Under the pieces are notes generated by a model that was not told where the DNA came from, searched no databases, and saw nothing but the letters and a program-made list of their open reading frames with translations. 64,000 bases of DNA from Octopus bimaculoides. Lineage: Eukaryota. The DNA lies in NCBI RefSeq assembly GCF_001194135.2, contig NC_068982.1, positions 14,627,071 to 14,691,070 of the forward strand. Direction: 5' to 3'. Positions within the stretch are counted from its first letter, which is position 1; each line of letters opens with the position of its first letter. Positions 27,685 to 39,180 of this stretch are shown in pieces. The position numbers and the translations under genes were made by a program.

Positions 27685-28270
27685 TAAGGTGTTCAGAAAG
27701 TCTCTCTGCAGTAAGTATTTTATTGTAAAATGAATATTCATAAGATGGTATAAGACAACGAAAGAATATATCAGACTTTACAAAACTTTAAAAAACTTTT
27801 TAAGAGCTGTTGCAAGTGTCATCCTTTGTTTTCAGTTCATGAGTTGACTCTTCTACACATGTTTTGAATTACATCTTGGAGAGTCTGACGCACTATGGAC
27901 CATGTGAAGGTTATGATTGTGTCTTTTAGCTATCCATACTCCAACTTTTTCGGGATGCAGAGGTTGCTCATGCATTGTTTGTGGATTCTCAGTGCTCCAT
28001 AACCTTGTGTTTTGCGAATTTATGTCTCCTGACATGTGAAACCAAGTCTCATTGGTGTAAAAACAGCCATCCAGCACTTCTATGCCTTTTTCGGCAACAA
28101 AGTTTTGGAACCAAAAACAACAATGAAGCCTTTTAGCTTGATCCGTAGTCTTCAATTCTTGAACTGCCAGCACCTTGTATGGAAAGCAATTTAATTTTTT
28201 TTTTACTACCGTGTGAGCACTTCCTAGGCTGATTTCCATTTCACTGCAGAGAGACTTTTTGAACACACTG
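27685..28270 (-). mobile_element. Internally deleted Tc1/mariner element with a transposase fragment
   Basis: 28-bp TIRs at 27685-27712 and 28243-28270 (..gtgttca[g/a]aaagtctctctgcagt), TA on both flanks. Minus ORF 27853-28266 contains FYTNETWFHMSGDINSQNTRLWSTENP..HEQPLHPEKVGVW, the region around the first catalytic Asp (here N). Confidence 0.85.
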
Positions 28271-28272
28271 TA

Positions 28273-28557
28273 TCATCGTTTAACGTCTGCTTTCCATGCT
28301 AGCATGGGTTGGACGATTTGACTGAGGACTGGTGAACCAGATTGCTGCACCAGGCTCCAATCTGATTTGGCAGAGTTTCTACAGCTGGATGCCCTTCCTA
28401 ACGCCAACCACTCAGAGAGTGTAGTGGGTGCTTTTACGTGTCACCCGCACGAAGGCTAGTCAGGCGGTACTGGCAACGGCCATGCTCAAAATGGTGTATT
28501 TTATGTGCCACCCGCACAAGAGCCAGTCCAGGGGCACTGGCAACGATCTCGCTCGAA
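28273..28557 (-). mobile_element. Family E (GAT)n-tailed retroposon, 3' part
   Basis: catcgtttaacgtc.gctttccatgctagcatgggttggac...ctggatgcccttcctaac. Related copies at ~15190, 23232, 29548, 42521, 48830-49300, 52735, 56895, 59413 and 62135. Confidence 0.75.
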
Positions 28558-28558
28558 A

Positions 28559-28599
<41 letters not shown>

Positions 28600-29546
28600 N
28601 NNNNNNNNNNNNNNNNNNNNNNNNNNNNNNNNNNNNNNNNNNNNNNNNNNNNNNNNNNNNNNNNNNNNNNNNNNNATATATGCACACACACATATGACAA
28701 GCTTCTCTCAGTTTCTGCTAGCCAAATCCACACACAAGACTTTGGTCAGCTCAAAGCTCAAGTAGAAAACACTTGCTCTAAATGTCACACCATGGGACTA
28801 AACCTAAAACTTGTTAAGAAGCAAATTTCTGAACCACATAAACATCCCTGAACCTATCACAGTATTTATTCCTCATTTCATTATAACTTTGACTCAATTA
28901 TATGGGAATTATATTCAAGTTATGCAGGAAGCTATAAGATAATATTTCTCCAGTCACCCAAACAACTCAAAACACTATTCACGGAAAATATTTTACTAGA
29001 ATTTCATAAACACATTCCCAAGTTGAAATATGAACATAAGAAATAGTAATTATTTCCATATGTTTTCTTGGACTTCAAGAATGTATCAGATATTATGGGA
29101 ACCAGTGAACATTCTTCTTTTGAGCTAATGTGTCACAAACATGGCAGCTTGGCAAGATCAGTCTCTCTCAGCAAAGTCAACATGCAAATATCACTTAATG
29201 TCTTAACGTTTTATTCAGGAATATAAGAAACTGAAATACCTATAACTGGGAAGAACTGGTTACCAGATTTGACTTACTGGGAGTTCATTTCTAACCAGCA
29301 ATACTCTCTATTTTCACTTCCATATGCAAACATTAATAACACTAAATACTGGTGTAATAATCTAATGGGTGAGTGAGGGTGCTCATCTTTTCTTACCTTT
29401 TTCCCTTTTTTACTTGTTTCAGTCATTAGACTGTGGTCATGCTGGGGCACTGTCTTGAAAATTATGTTTTAGTCGAATGAATGAATCAACCCCAGTGCTT
29501 AACAGTTGAACAAACTATGATCAACATATTCCCAGAATTTGTGTAT

Positions 29547-29579
<33 letters not shown>

Positions 29580-30144
29580 GTTTAACGTCCGCTTTCCATG
29601 CTAGCATGGGTTGATCCACAGTCTATATGTAATCTTTCTCATGGCTGGAATCCAGATCTCTTATCAGAACGAAGGCTACCTTTAAATTTGATTTTAGTAC
29701 ATATCACAATATCTCACAAGTTCTTCAGCATCAAGACTAAGATTAGGTCACCAAACACAAATCATTGCTCTTTTCATTATACATTGTTCATTCATGTGCA
29801 TGGCATGAATTTTGGAAAGATGTTGTATATGATAAGATTCAGGAATAAACAACATTTTTCATTTGAAGATAAGATTATTCTCTACATATTCGGTTTAAAA
29901 GAATCTCTGGCAAATTATCATTCTAAAATCTTTTGTACAATATTTTCCAGCAACTGTCAGCAAAAATTAATACCTCATAACTTATGTCAGAGTGTAATGC
30001 CTTTCTTTATAAAGAACACTGACCCAAACTGATCTGAGTTAGTCTGTGTAGTATCAGTATCAACATGACTGATGGTTTTACTAGGCATTGGAATGATTTT
30101 GAAATCACATTATGATAATATAAAGACCCATAATATATTTCTTT

Positions 30145-30363
30145 ATTTCTTTATTGCTCACAGGGGGCTAAACATAGAGAGGACAAACAAGGACAGACAA
30201 GACGATTAAGTCGATTACATCGACTCCAGTGATTAACTGGTACTTATCTACTCGACCTCGAAAGGATGAAAGCAAAGTCAACCTCGGCGGAATTTGAACT
30301 CAGAACATAACGGCAGACGAAATACCGCTAGGCATTTCGCCCGGTATGTTAACATTTCTGCCA
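30145..30363 (-). mobile_element. SINE family B
   Basis: Reverse complement of the 25288 copy. Further diverged copies at ~400-560, 9385-9575, 24090-24305, 37368-37580, 50605-50820 and 55700-55890. Confidence 0.85.
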
Positions 30364-30479
30364 GGACCCATAATAGAAAATGTCTCAATTTTTCAATACA
30401 TCATAAGCACCACATGAGTTTCACATTCAATATTTCTCCAATTTCTCTGTATTCTATTTAGTATATAACTAACACATAT

Positions 30480-30860
30480 GGTATGGGTTTTTTTCATTTT
30501 GAGGCATTATTCCAGCAACTACAAATTTTTAGCATCAGCAGTAACAGTTGTTTCACACTCAACAGAAAATGTTGTCATAACAAGATATTATGTATGATGT
30601 TTATTTGCCATCTTAAAGGCCTTTTCTTGGTACATTTCCCAAATAAAACATTTCTTTTTACAGCAAAAATAGGATCAGCCATGTCTGCAAATTTTGGAAT
30701 AAACTAATGATAATAGTTTACCAACTCCAAATGTTTTAAAATTTTTTTCTTTCGATTTAGGAACATTAATCCATTGGATCCTGTCTTTTAGACAATATGA
30801 TAGTGTGATCCCATCCCTTGAAATAATAATTCCAAGTAAATTTATGGAAGATGTATGGTC
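30480..30860 (-). mobile_element. Highly decayed L1/Tx1-like ORF2 fragment
   Basis: INLLGIII...KNFKTFGVGKLLSLVYSKI...CFIWE loosely resembles the post-RT region of Tx1/L1 (LG..F...L...GK..IIKSL..SK...FIW). Confidence 0.35.
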
Positions 30861-30977
30861 AATGCATGTATGTGGCAGTGGTGGTGGTAGTGGTGGCGGC
30901 GGCGGCGGCGGTGGTGGTGATGGTGCTGCTGCTGCTGATGATGATGATGATGACAATGATAATGATGATGATGATGA

Positions 30978-31217
30978 CATACAGAGCAGCTGAGGTCATA
31001 TTGTATTTGATGATACATTTATAAAATGAAAAAAATAATTGAATATCTACAGTGTTCCTGAGAGTTCGAAGTACATTATCTGACATAAAGAAATATGGCG
31101 TTCTTTCATGCATTCAGCAACTTAATCAGTCAATTCTAAAGATAAGACAGAGAAAAAACAAAAACAAAAAACAAACAAAAACTATCGGTCAACCTAGTTC
31201 CACTTGTCTTATATCAA
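30978..31217. repeat. Copy 1 of a ~240-bp intronic duplicated element
   Basis: Aligns by eye with 34090-34325 at roughly 85% identity, same orientation. Confidence 0.85.
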
Positions 31218-31831
31218 AGCAGATAACCGATAACAGTAATATTGGTGATGGCGATGATGATAGTGATATTGGCGATGATGGAATGGATGTAATGATAACC
31301 TTGTTGAGGAGGAAAGATGTGATGACGATGGTGACAGTGAAGGTGATGAAGAAGAAGAATAGCTCCGATGATAATGATCTTCATAAAGATTATGATAATG
31401 ATCAAGGTTATGATGGACATGGTATTTTAAAGAAATATATAATAAAAAAATAAAACACTGATATATCTGTTCATTCATAACATATTCTTCAGATTTGAAC
31501 TTGAATATCTGACCATTGTTGCTTTCCATCATCAGAAAGCATCTATTCCCTTTAGATGATGTATGTTCATATCACATATGATTTACTAGTGTAAGGGAAC
31601 TTTGAGACACCATGGGGTTTCAACCTTATTGTGTGTCTCATCAGTCAAAGTTACCATGAACTGGTGAATCTAACAAGGCTCTTGTCTAAAGAAATCAGCA
31701 AACAAGTTATTCGCTGATGTTTGCCAAACAATTTTGCAGCAGACCATGCCATCAATGCAGGAATTAATGTAATGTAAATCAGTTTTAAAAAAGAAAAAAG
31801 AAAACAAAATCAAATAACAAGAAATATTTAC

Positions 31832-31998
31832 CGTATCTGAAAAGAATTCACAGTACCCAAGTCCAAGATAGATAAATCCAGGCATTCGAAGTAGAATATT
31901 CTCCAGGCACTCTTTTGAAAGTTCCGTAGATGTTAAATCCAATTCATGGATGATAGACTGTTCCCATGGAACGGCCATCATAAAGCTATCTTCCACTC
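31832..31998 (-). CDS. Internal coding exon B of the same LRR protein gene
   Basis: Acceptor tttctttag|GAGTG (AG at 32000-31999), donor ACG|gtaaat; 167 nt, phase 1-0, joins exon A in frame (G+GA = Gly). Encodes VEDSFMMAVPWEQSIIHELDLTSTELSKECLENILLRMPGFIYLGLGYCEFFSDT. Confidence 0.9.
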
Positions 31999-32140
31999 CT
32001 AAAGAAATAAATGAAGACAATTCATTACTTTGGACACAGGTACATTTTATTCAGTTACCATTTTAAATAAGAAATTCATTGCTGCTTTGAGGGTTTTTGC
32101 TGTTTTTATTTAATTTCAAAGAGACTAGGATATACTCTTC

Positions 32141-32560
32141 TACTCTTTTACTTGTTTCAGTCATTTGACTGTGGCCATGCTGGAGCACCACCTTTAGTCG
32201 AGCAAATCGACCCCAAGACTTATTTTTTGGATGCCTAGTATTTATTCTATCGGTCTCTTTTGCCGAACCGCTAAGTTACAGGGACGTAAACACACCAGCA
32301 TTGGTTGTCAAGCGATGCTGGCGGGGGGGACAAACACACAAACATATATACACACACACGCATACATACATATATATATATATATATACATATATACGAC
32401 GGGCTTCTTTCAGTTTCCGTCTACCATATCCACTCACACGGCTTTGGTCAGCCCGAGGCTATAGTAGAAGATACTTGCCCAAGGTGCCATGCAGTGGGGC
32501 TGAACCCGGAACCATGTGGTTGGTAAGCAAGCTATTTACCACACAGCCACTCCTACGCCT
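32141..32560 (-). mobile_element. SINE family A, full length
   Basis: Reverse complement of the family-A consensus seen at 5904, 35580 and 38255. Confidence 0.9.
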
Positions 32561-32887
32561 ATATAGTTAACCAAACTGAAACAAAGTGGAAATTATTTAT
32601 TGTTAAAAAAAAAAATGATAGGATTTAGAGAAAGCTAACCTTGTGAGATTTAAAGCCATCTCTGAGAGGATTGGAAGTAAATTTAGTAAACCATTTTACT
32701 CTGACACACTACTGCTTTGTTTCTCGACAAAGCAGACAGTAAAAATTTTTATGTGGGCACTGGGGACAAAAGGAGCAGTAGGGGACAATAGATGCATCTG
32801 TGCAGGCTTTGTTTAGTCTTTGGCATGGTCATGTGGTAGGAAGTTTGTTTCCCAACCATACAATTCCATATCCAGTCCAACTTTTGT

Positions 32888-33491
32888 CGTTTACTTGTTT
32901 CAGTTATTAGATTGTGGCCATGCTGGGGCGCTGCCTTGAAGAATTTTTAGTCAAACAACTCAACCCCAGTATCTGTTGTCTTTTTAAGCATATCAGGACA
33001 GTTACCCCCGAGGACAATTACCCCCGATGACAACTACTCCCTAGGACAATTACCCCCTTGGTTAATTACCCCCTCTCTAATATATTAAGAAGTTTTAAAT
33101 CATCATCTGTTGTCCTCAGGGGTAGTTGTCTTGGGGGGGGGGGGTTAATGTCCAAGACTTCTCTTTAAGCCTTCTTATTCTATCGGTCTCTTTTGCCAAA
33201 CTGCTAAGCAATGGGGATGTAAACACACCAACACCATTTGTCAAATGGTGGTGGGGGACTCACACAGACACAAAGACACACAGGCATAAATACACACACA
33301 CAACACACACACACACACACACATATATGCAACAGGCTTCTTTCAGTTTCTGTCAACCAAATCCACTCACAAGTCTTTGGTCAACTTGGGGCTATAGTAG
33401 AAACACTTGCCTAAGGTGCCACACAGTGGGATTGAACCCGGAACCACGTGGTTGGAAAGCAAACTTCTTACCACACAGGCACACCTGTACC
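32888..33491 (-). mobile_element. SINE family A interrupted by the foldback element
   Basis: Tail at 32888-32990 and remainder at 33164-33491. Confidence 0.75.
32996..33153. mobile_element. Small foldback-like element built of GGACAA[T/C]TACCCC modules, inserted in a SINE
   Basis: About 4 direct modules on the left and inverted modules (ggggtagttgtc, ggggttaatgtcc) on the right; tttaagc repeated at 32983 and 33164. Confidence 0.5.
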
Positions 33492-34089
33492 TTTGTTCAT
33501 TTTTCATTTATTTTTTATTTGCTTTTGAAACAAATTCTTTGAATTCCATGTCTTTTGAAATTTTATAGAACCAATCCTTTTAACAAACCACCCACCATCA
33601 GTAATCTCATTGATAAAACTGGAGCTTTATATATATGTAGAATGAAATGTCTCATCCAAATATACAATACAATATATAAATTAGAATTCATATTGATGAG
33701 CTCAAACCTGAGGTTCTCCTATTTTAACTCAAGCAGAGAAAACGTTTTATTGGAAAATTTTATGCTTGTCAACAGAAGCTGCAGAATCCATGGAGAGATA
33801 GTAAATGAGAGTTTGGAACCGGCCATTGAAATTCTGGGATGATGTAGTCAGTGGACTTTATTAGATTAACCAGGCCATATAATATATTACAAGACTGGAA
33901 CATAGGAATAGATGAATACTGTAGATTCATCTAATTCATAGCAGCAGCAGTAAAATATGATATTTAATCATTGGTGGCAACAACAACAATAACAATGATG
34001 ACCACGTAAGGGAAGATCATTTACAAAGACATCATTCTAAATCTTATACAATCCTCCTCAAATGTCCATTATAATTATTTCGTTTCTGT

Positions 34090-34325
34090 ACATACAGAAT
34101 AGCTGAGATCATATTCTATTTGATAATATATTTCTAAAACGAAAAAATTAATTGAATATCAGCAGTGTTCCTGAGAATTCGAAGTACGTTATCTGACAAA
34201 GAAACATGGCATTCTTTCATGGATACAGCAACTTAATCAGTCAATTCTAAAGATAAGATAGAAAAAAAAAGAAACAAAAAAAAAAACTATCAGTCAGCCT
34301 AGTTCTACTCATCTTATTATATCAA
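34090..34325. repeat. Copy 2 of the ~240-bp intronic duplicated element
   Basis: Shares cagtgttcctgaga.ttcgaagtac.ttatctgaca and cagcaacttaatcagtcaattctaaagataaga with copy 1. Confidence 0.85.
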
Positions 34326-34669
34326 TAGTCTCTTTATTGTAAATTTATCTGATATTGAACTTCTTGTCAGCCAGTGAGCATCAAGTAATGCAATATATAT
34401 CTCTTTCAGCAAATTTATTGAAGCATATATACGTGTGTGTGTTTGCATGTCTATGTGTATGTATGTATGTAATTATGTGTTTATGTATGTATGGAGAAGA
34501 ACACAAATGGGGTTTGAAATTCACTACAGTTGTTTCGGTAGAAATTTATGGATGTATTTATGGATTGCATCATAACATAAAAAACCACCAACTGTAGGAG
34601 AAATTTTAAACATGTATAAACAGGTAAGGTAAAACCTTTGTGATGACCTGTCTAACAAACAACATGATG

Positions 34670-35060
34670 AACGTGTGTGTGTGTCTGTATGTGTGTGTGT
34701 ACATAAATGTCTGTGTGTGTGTGTATGTATGTGTACATAAACGTGTGTGTGTGTACATAAATGTGCGTGTGTGTATTTGTGTGTGTGTGTGTGTACATAA
34801 ATGTGTGTGTGTACATAAATGCGTGTGTGTGTATTTGTGTGTGTGTGTACATGAATGTGTGTGTGTGTTTGTGTGTACATAAATGTGTGTGTGTGTATTT
34901 GTGTGTGTGTGTACATAAATGTGTGTGTGTGTTTGTGTGTACATAAATGTGTGTGTTTGTGTGTGTGTGTGTTTGTTTGTGTGTACATAAATGTGTGTGT
35001 GTACATAAATGTGTGTGTGTGTACATAAATGTGCGTGTGTTTGTGTGTGTGTGTGCATGT
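34670..35060. repeat. (GT)n microsatellite punctuated by ~11 copies of TACATAAA[T]
   Basis: Constant core with variable (GT)n spacers, read directly. Confidence 0.9.
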
Positions 35061-35579
35061 AAAATATATAATATACACACACGTCTGTATATATTTCTAA
35101 TGATACATATGTTTATTTTGTTGCACTATCCACGATGGCTTAAAACACTATTAGATGTGTGTTTTGGTGTAAGCGTTCATAAAATCTTAGTGACATTAGT
35201 ATTCTTCTCATGAATGTTTCCCTATCACATCCCTCAAACAACGAAACTTCACTTCACCATAAAACCTCAAACCATTTGTATGTAACACTTGAAGGAAATC
35301 AACCACTGCCAAAACCTTAGGGCATTCATCCTCCATTGCAACACTTGAATCAAGAAAAATTTTGGCTGTCTTTTTAAATTCAACATTTCTACCATCCATG
35401 GACATACTTAGAAAATCAAAAAACATTACAGCATGCATGATTTTCAGAAACATTTTTCACTCTCAGAATTGTTAAAACAGGAATAAATTACCCCTGTTAG
35501 TTGTTAGATATCAAAACACCGAATCCTTCAAAAAAAAATTCCAGGATTGAAATTTGTCAAAACTATTCCTGACAGACAT

Positions 35580-35852
35580 AGGCGCAGGAGTGACTGTGTG
35601 GTAAGTAGCTTGCTTATCGACCGCATGGTTCCGGGTTCAGTCCCACTGCATGGCACCTTGGGCAAGTGTCTTCTACTATAGCCTCAGGCTGACCAAAGCC
35701 TTGTGAGTGGATTTGGTAGACGGAAAATGAAAGAAGCCCATCGTATATATGTATATATATATATATATNNNNNNNNNNNNNNNNNNNNNNNNNNNNNNNN
35801 NNNNNNNNNNNNNNNNNNNNNNNNNNNNNNNNNNNNNNNNNNNNNNNNNNNN

Positions 35853-35889
<37 letters not shown>

Positions 35890-36095
35890 TTGTGTGTCTG
35901 TGTTTGTCCATCCCACCATCGCTTGACAACCGATGCTGGTGTGTTTACATCCCCGTAACTTAGCGGTTCGGCAAAAGAGACTGATAGAATAAGTACTAGG
36001 CTTACAAAAAAAAAGTCTTGGGGTCAATTTGTTCGACTAAAGGTGGTGCTCCAGCATGGCTACAGTCAAATGACTGAAACAGGTAAAAGAAAAAA
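35580..36095 (+). mobile_element. SINE family A (gap in the internal microsatellite)
   Basis: Head aggcgcaggagtgactgtgtggtaag; tail gactgaaacaggtaaaaga. Confidence 0.9.
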
Positions 36096-36536
36096 GAAAT
36101 GCCTTTTTCTTTATAGGTACTTCCCTATTTACTTTTCTGGGGTTTGTTTTTTTTGTTTGTTTGTTTTTTTAGTTTTATTCTGTGCAGTGTGAATTCACAT
36201 TGCTGTCTTTCTTTACTCGACTAATCACTGCTTTCTGCCACCTTCCTTCTCACCCCATTCCTATTTCACCCTTTCCTGATGAGCTGTACTGCACCTGAGC
36301 ATTGTATACAATAAGCTCGTTATTATTTCATATGTCACAAGATAGGCATTTTTCTTTTATCTTTCAAATTGAAGCTAAGATTTCACGCTTCTTGCTAAGA
36401 GAATCGCTATTAAATTTATGGAAACCTCCTGGTTATATAAACTATATACATAAAATAATGCCAGATAATAATGCAAAGAAAAAATATTTAATCACATCAA
36501 AAGTATTAAAATATTAAAATATTAAAATATTTTTAC

Positions 36537-36803
36537 CAGTATGTTGAAGCAGCAAAGATTTCAGCTTCTTGCACTTTTGTACGAGCATACTGAAAGATGA
36601 ACCTTTGACACGCAAGCAGAAGTTTAAGGCTAAAACTTCAAGATGAATGGAGTTGGAAGCCAGCATTTCCACATGGCTATCATCTACAAATCCGATGCCA
36701 TACATATTGATGATTCGTAAGTTTGGAGTATGAGCTTTTATTTTACTGATGTTGATGACTTCATAGTTCTCTTCTTCGGCCTCGCTTGACAATTCAAAAG
36801 TAC
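36537..36803 (-). CDS. Internal coding exon A of an LRR (F-box/LRR-like) protein gene
   Basis: Acceptor ttttccag|GTACT (AG at 36805-36804), donor ACTG|gtaaaa (GT at 36536-36535); 267 nt, phase 1-1. Encodes (G)TFELSSEAEEENYEVINISKIKAHTPNLRIINMYGIGFVDDSHVEMLASNSIHLEVLALNFCLRVKGSSFSMLVQKCKKLKSLLLQHT(G), with LxxLxL cysteine-containing LRR periodicity. Family call is from recalled similarity to invertebrate F-box/LRR proteins; no search was run. Confidence 0.9.
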
Positions 36804-36895
36804 CTGGAAAATAAAGATAACAAAAAAAAAAAAAATTTATTTTAGTTTAAATTGGTTGACTTAGTTTTAATATATTTAAATTAATCATTTGTTAA

Positions 36896-37353
36896 CCCTT
36901 TTGTTACCATATTTCTGTTGAGATGCTGTGTTTCTTTTAATTAATTCTAAATATGACAAAAAATTTACTAAAATAACTTCATTATTTTTAAGCTAGTGTT
37001 AGGAACATAAATTGTGACTAAGGTTTGGTGGAAGATTTTAATTCGAAACTTTTGAAAACAAGACATTTGTACTACAAAGCCAGAAGCAGTTTCAGGCAGG
37101 CTGGTATCAAAAGGATTAAATTAATCATTTGTTAACCCTTTTGTTACCATATTTCTGTAGAGATGCTTTGCATTTCTTTCAATTAATTTTAAATATAACA
37201 AAGAATTAAGTAAAATAACTTAGTTATCATTCAGCTAGTGTTAAGAACATAAATTGTGACTAAGGTTTAGTGGCCGATTTTGAGAACTTTTGAAAACAAG
37301 GCATTTGTACTACAGAGCCAGAGGCATTTTCAGACAGGTTGGTATCAAAACAG
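36896..37353. mobile_element. Tandem array 1 of TTAA (piggyBac-type) MITE, 2 units (36896-37115, 37136-37353)
   Basis: Units run TTAA|CCCTTTTGTTAC...G.TA[T/A]CAAAAGGG|TTAA (right ends slightly degenerate); linker ATTAATCATTTG at 37120-37131 and also at 36880-36891 before unit 1. Confidence 0.85.
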
Positions 37354-38254
37354 TTAATGTAAGAAGGTGGTGAACTGACAAAATTGTAAGAGCTTTGGAA
37401 AAAATACTTTGCAGTATTTCTTGTGGTTCATTACATTCTGAATTTAAATTCTACCAAGGGTGACTTTGGCTTTCATTCTTTCGAAGTCAATGAACTAATT
37501 ACCAGTCAAATACTGGGGTTGATGCAATTGACTTTGCCTGTTCCCTTCCAAATTGTTGGCCTTGAGCCAAAATTAGAAAATATATATGTTTATTTAATGC
37601 CAAAGTGAACGTAAAACATGTTTATTATTATTAGTAATATATTATTATTATTAGTAATTATTATTAGTAAAATAAAGTAAGGTGTTGGCTTAGCAGAGTC
37701 ATTATAATATTGAATAAAATATTTTGTGGTATATAGTTTCAGGAATTTATGTTCTAAGTTAAAACCCTACCTTGGTTCAATTTGCTTTTCATCCTTTTAG
37801 CATCAATAAAATAAAAGAACCAATGCCCTAAAAAATTGTGCTTAATGCAGTTATTAGGAATCAACATATTCAATGCATTAATCAAATGGGAAACAATCTT
37901 AGTCAATGGTAAATATTATTTTGATCATTTCAGCATCTAGGTAAGACAACTCTAAGTATGTTTCTATCTTATAATGAATTCATCAGCAAAATACAGCCTT
38001 CAACGTACTGACAAATAATGGTGAAAAATCATTAGGTTTATACACAGATTGTACACTAAATTGTACACTAAATTGTACCACAGAGAAATAGAAACTGAGG
38101 TTAAAAACTTAGAATGAAATAAGTTCAAGTTGTTGTTATCAAAATTTCCTTTATATAAACACTACGGCAATGAGGCCTTTTATGTTTGAATGGTGATGAT
38201 GTGACATGTATATTCACTTTTAAAATTGCAGTCTATCATTCATATTAAACAAAT

Positions 38255-38656
38255 AGGCATAGGAGTGGCTGTGTGGTAAGTAGCTTGCTTACCAACCACA
38301 TGGTTCTGGGTTCAGTCCTACTACGTGGCACCTTGGGCAAGTGTCTTCTTCTATAGCCTCGGGCTGATCAAAGCCTTGTGAGTGGATTTGGTAGATGGAA
38401 ACTGAAAGAAGTCTGTCGTATATATGTATATATATGTATATATATATGTTCGTGTGTCTGTATTTGTCCCCCCAACATCGCTTGACAACCGATGCTGGTG
38501 TGTTTACGTCCCCATAACTTAGCAGTTCGGCAAAAGAGACTGATACAATAAGTACTAGGCTTACAAAGAATAAGTCCTAGGGTCAATTTGCTCAACTAAA
38601 GGTGGTACTCCAGCATTGCCACAGTCAAATGACTGAAACATGTAAAAGAGAGTAAA
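38255..38656 (+). mobile_element. SINE family A, full length
   Basis: Matches the other family-A copies along its length. Confidence 0.9.
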
Positions 38657-38949
38657 TCATTGAATTGGGGAATTTTATTTTTGCACCTCTATTTTTTTCT
38701 AGTACATACATTGGAAGTACCAGCCTAACAAAATATGCATGTACACAATTTTAAACAGAAGTCAGTTGGTTTTAAATTCCCAAGGATGATTAAATGTGTA
38801 CAAAGTTCTTCTTGAGCTGCTAAAAAATAATGAAGAACTCAGCATTTTAGATAAACGTATGACATTATTAGAAATAGAACATTTTTATATGTAATATACC
38901 TTCTATTTTGTCCTCTATTCTAGTAAATTCAACTGATTAATCTTAATTA

Positions 38950-39180
38950 TCCTCTGTGTGGCATAAACTTGGGCACTATACAGAGCCATGGTGAAAAAAA
39001 CAGAAGCCTTTGAAATGTAGATTGAGTAGAATAAGCTGGAAAGGCAGGGGGACAAATGCTGCAACACTAGGAAGACTGAAAGTTCAAGGACACCCATTGT
39101 TGAGAATCAAATCTACTGGGTCTGTCAGACAACCTCAGGGGAGACCCTGAAGAGAAAGGGTAAGATATTGAAGAGTTTGC
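38950..39180 (+). mobile_element. RTE-clade LINE 3' fragment, decayed
   Basis: *TWALYRAMVKKTEAFEM and RISWKGRGTNA resemble the RTE motif ETW..K..EAFEMW..RRMLRISW...TN. Confidence 0.6.

Noticed and set aside
31052-31532. Asp-rich and His-rich ORFs
   Set aside because: Derived from degenerate (GAT)n repeats.
34524-35082. His/Thr-rich ORFs and a CRISPR-like constant-core/variable-spacer look
   Set aside because: Spacers are only (GT)n; eukaryotic microsatellite with no cas genes.
36270-36325. CTGATGAG motif after a pyrimidine-rich tract as a hammerhead ribozyme
   Set aside because: The GAAA half of the catalytic core is missing.
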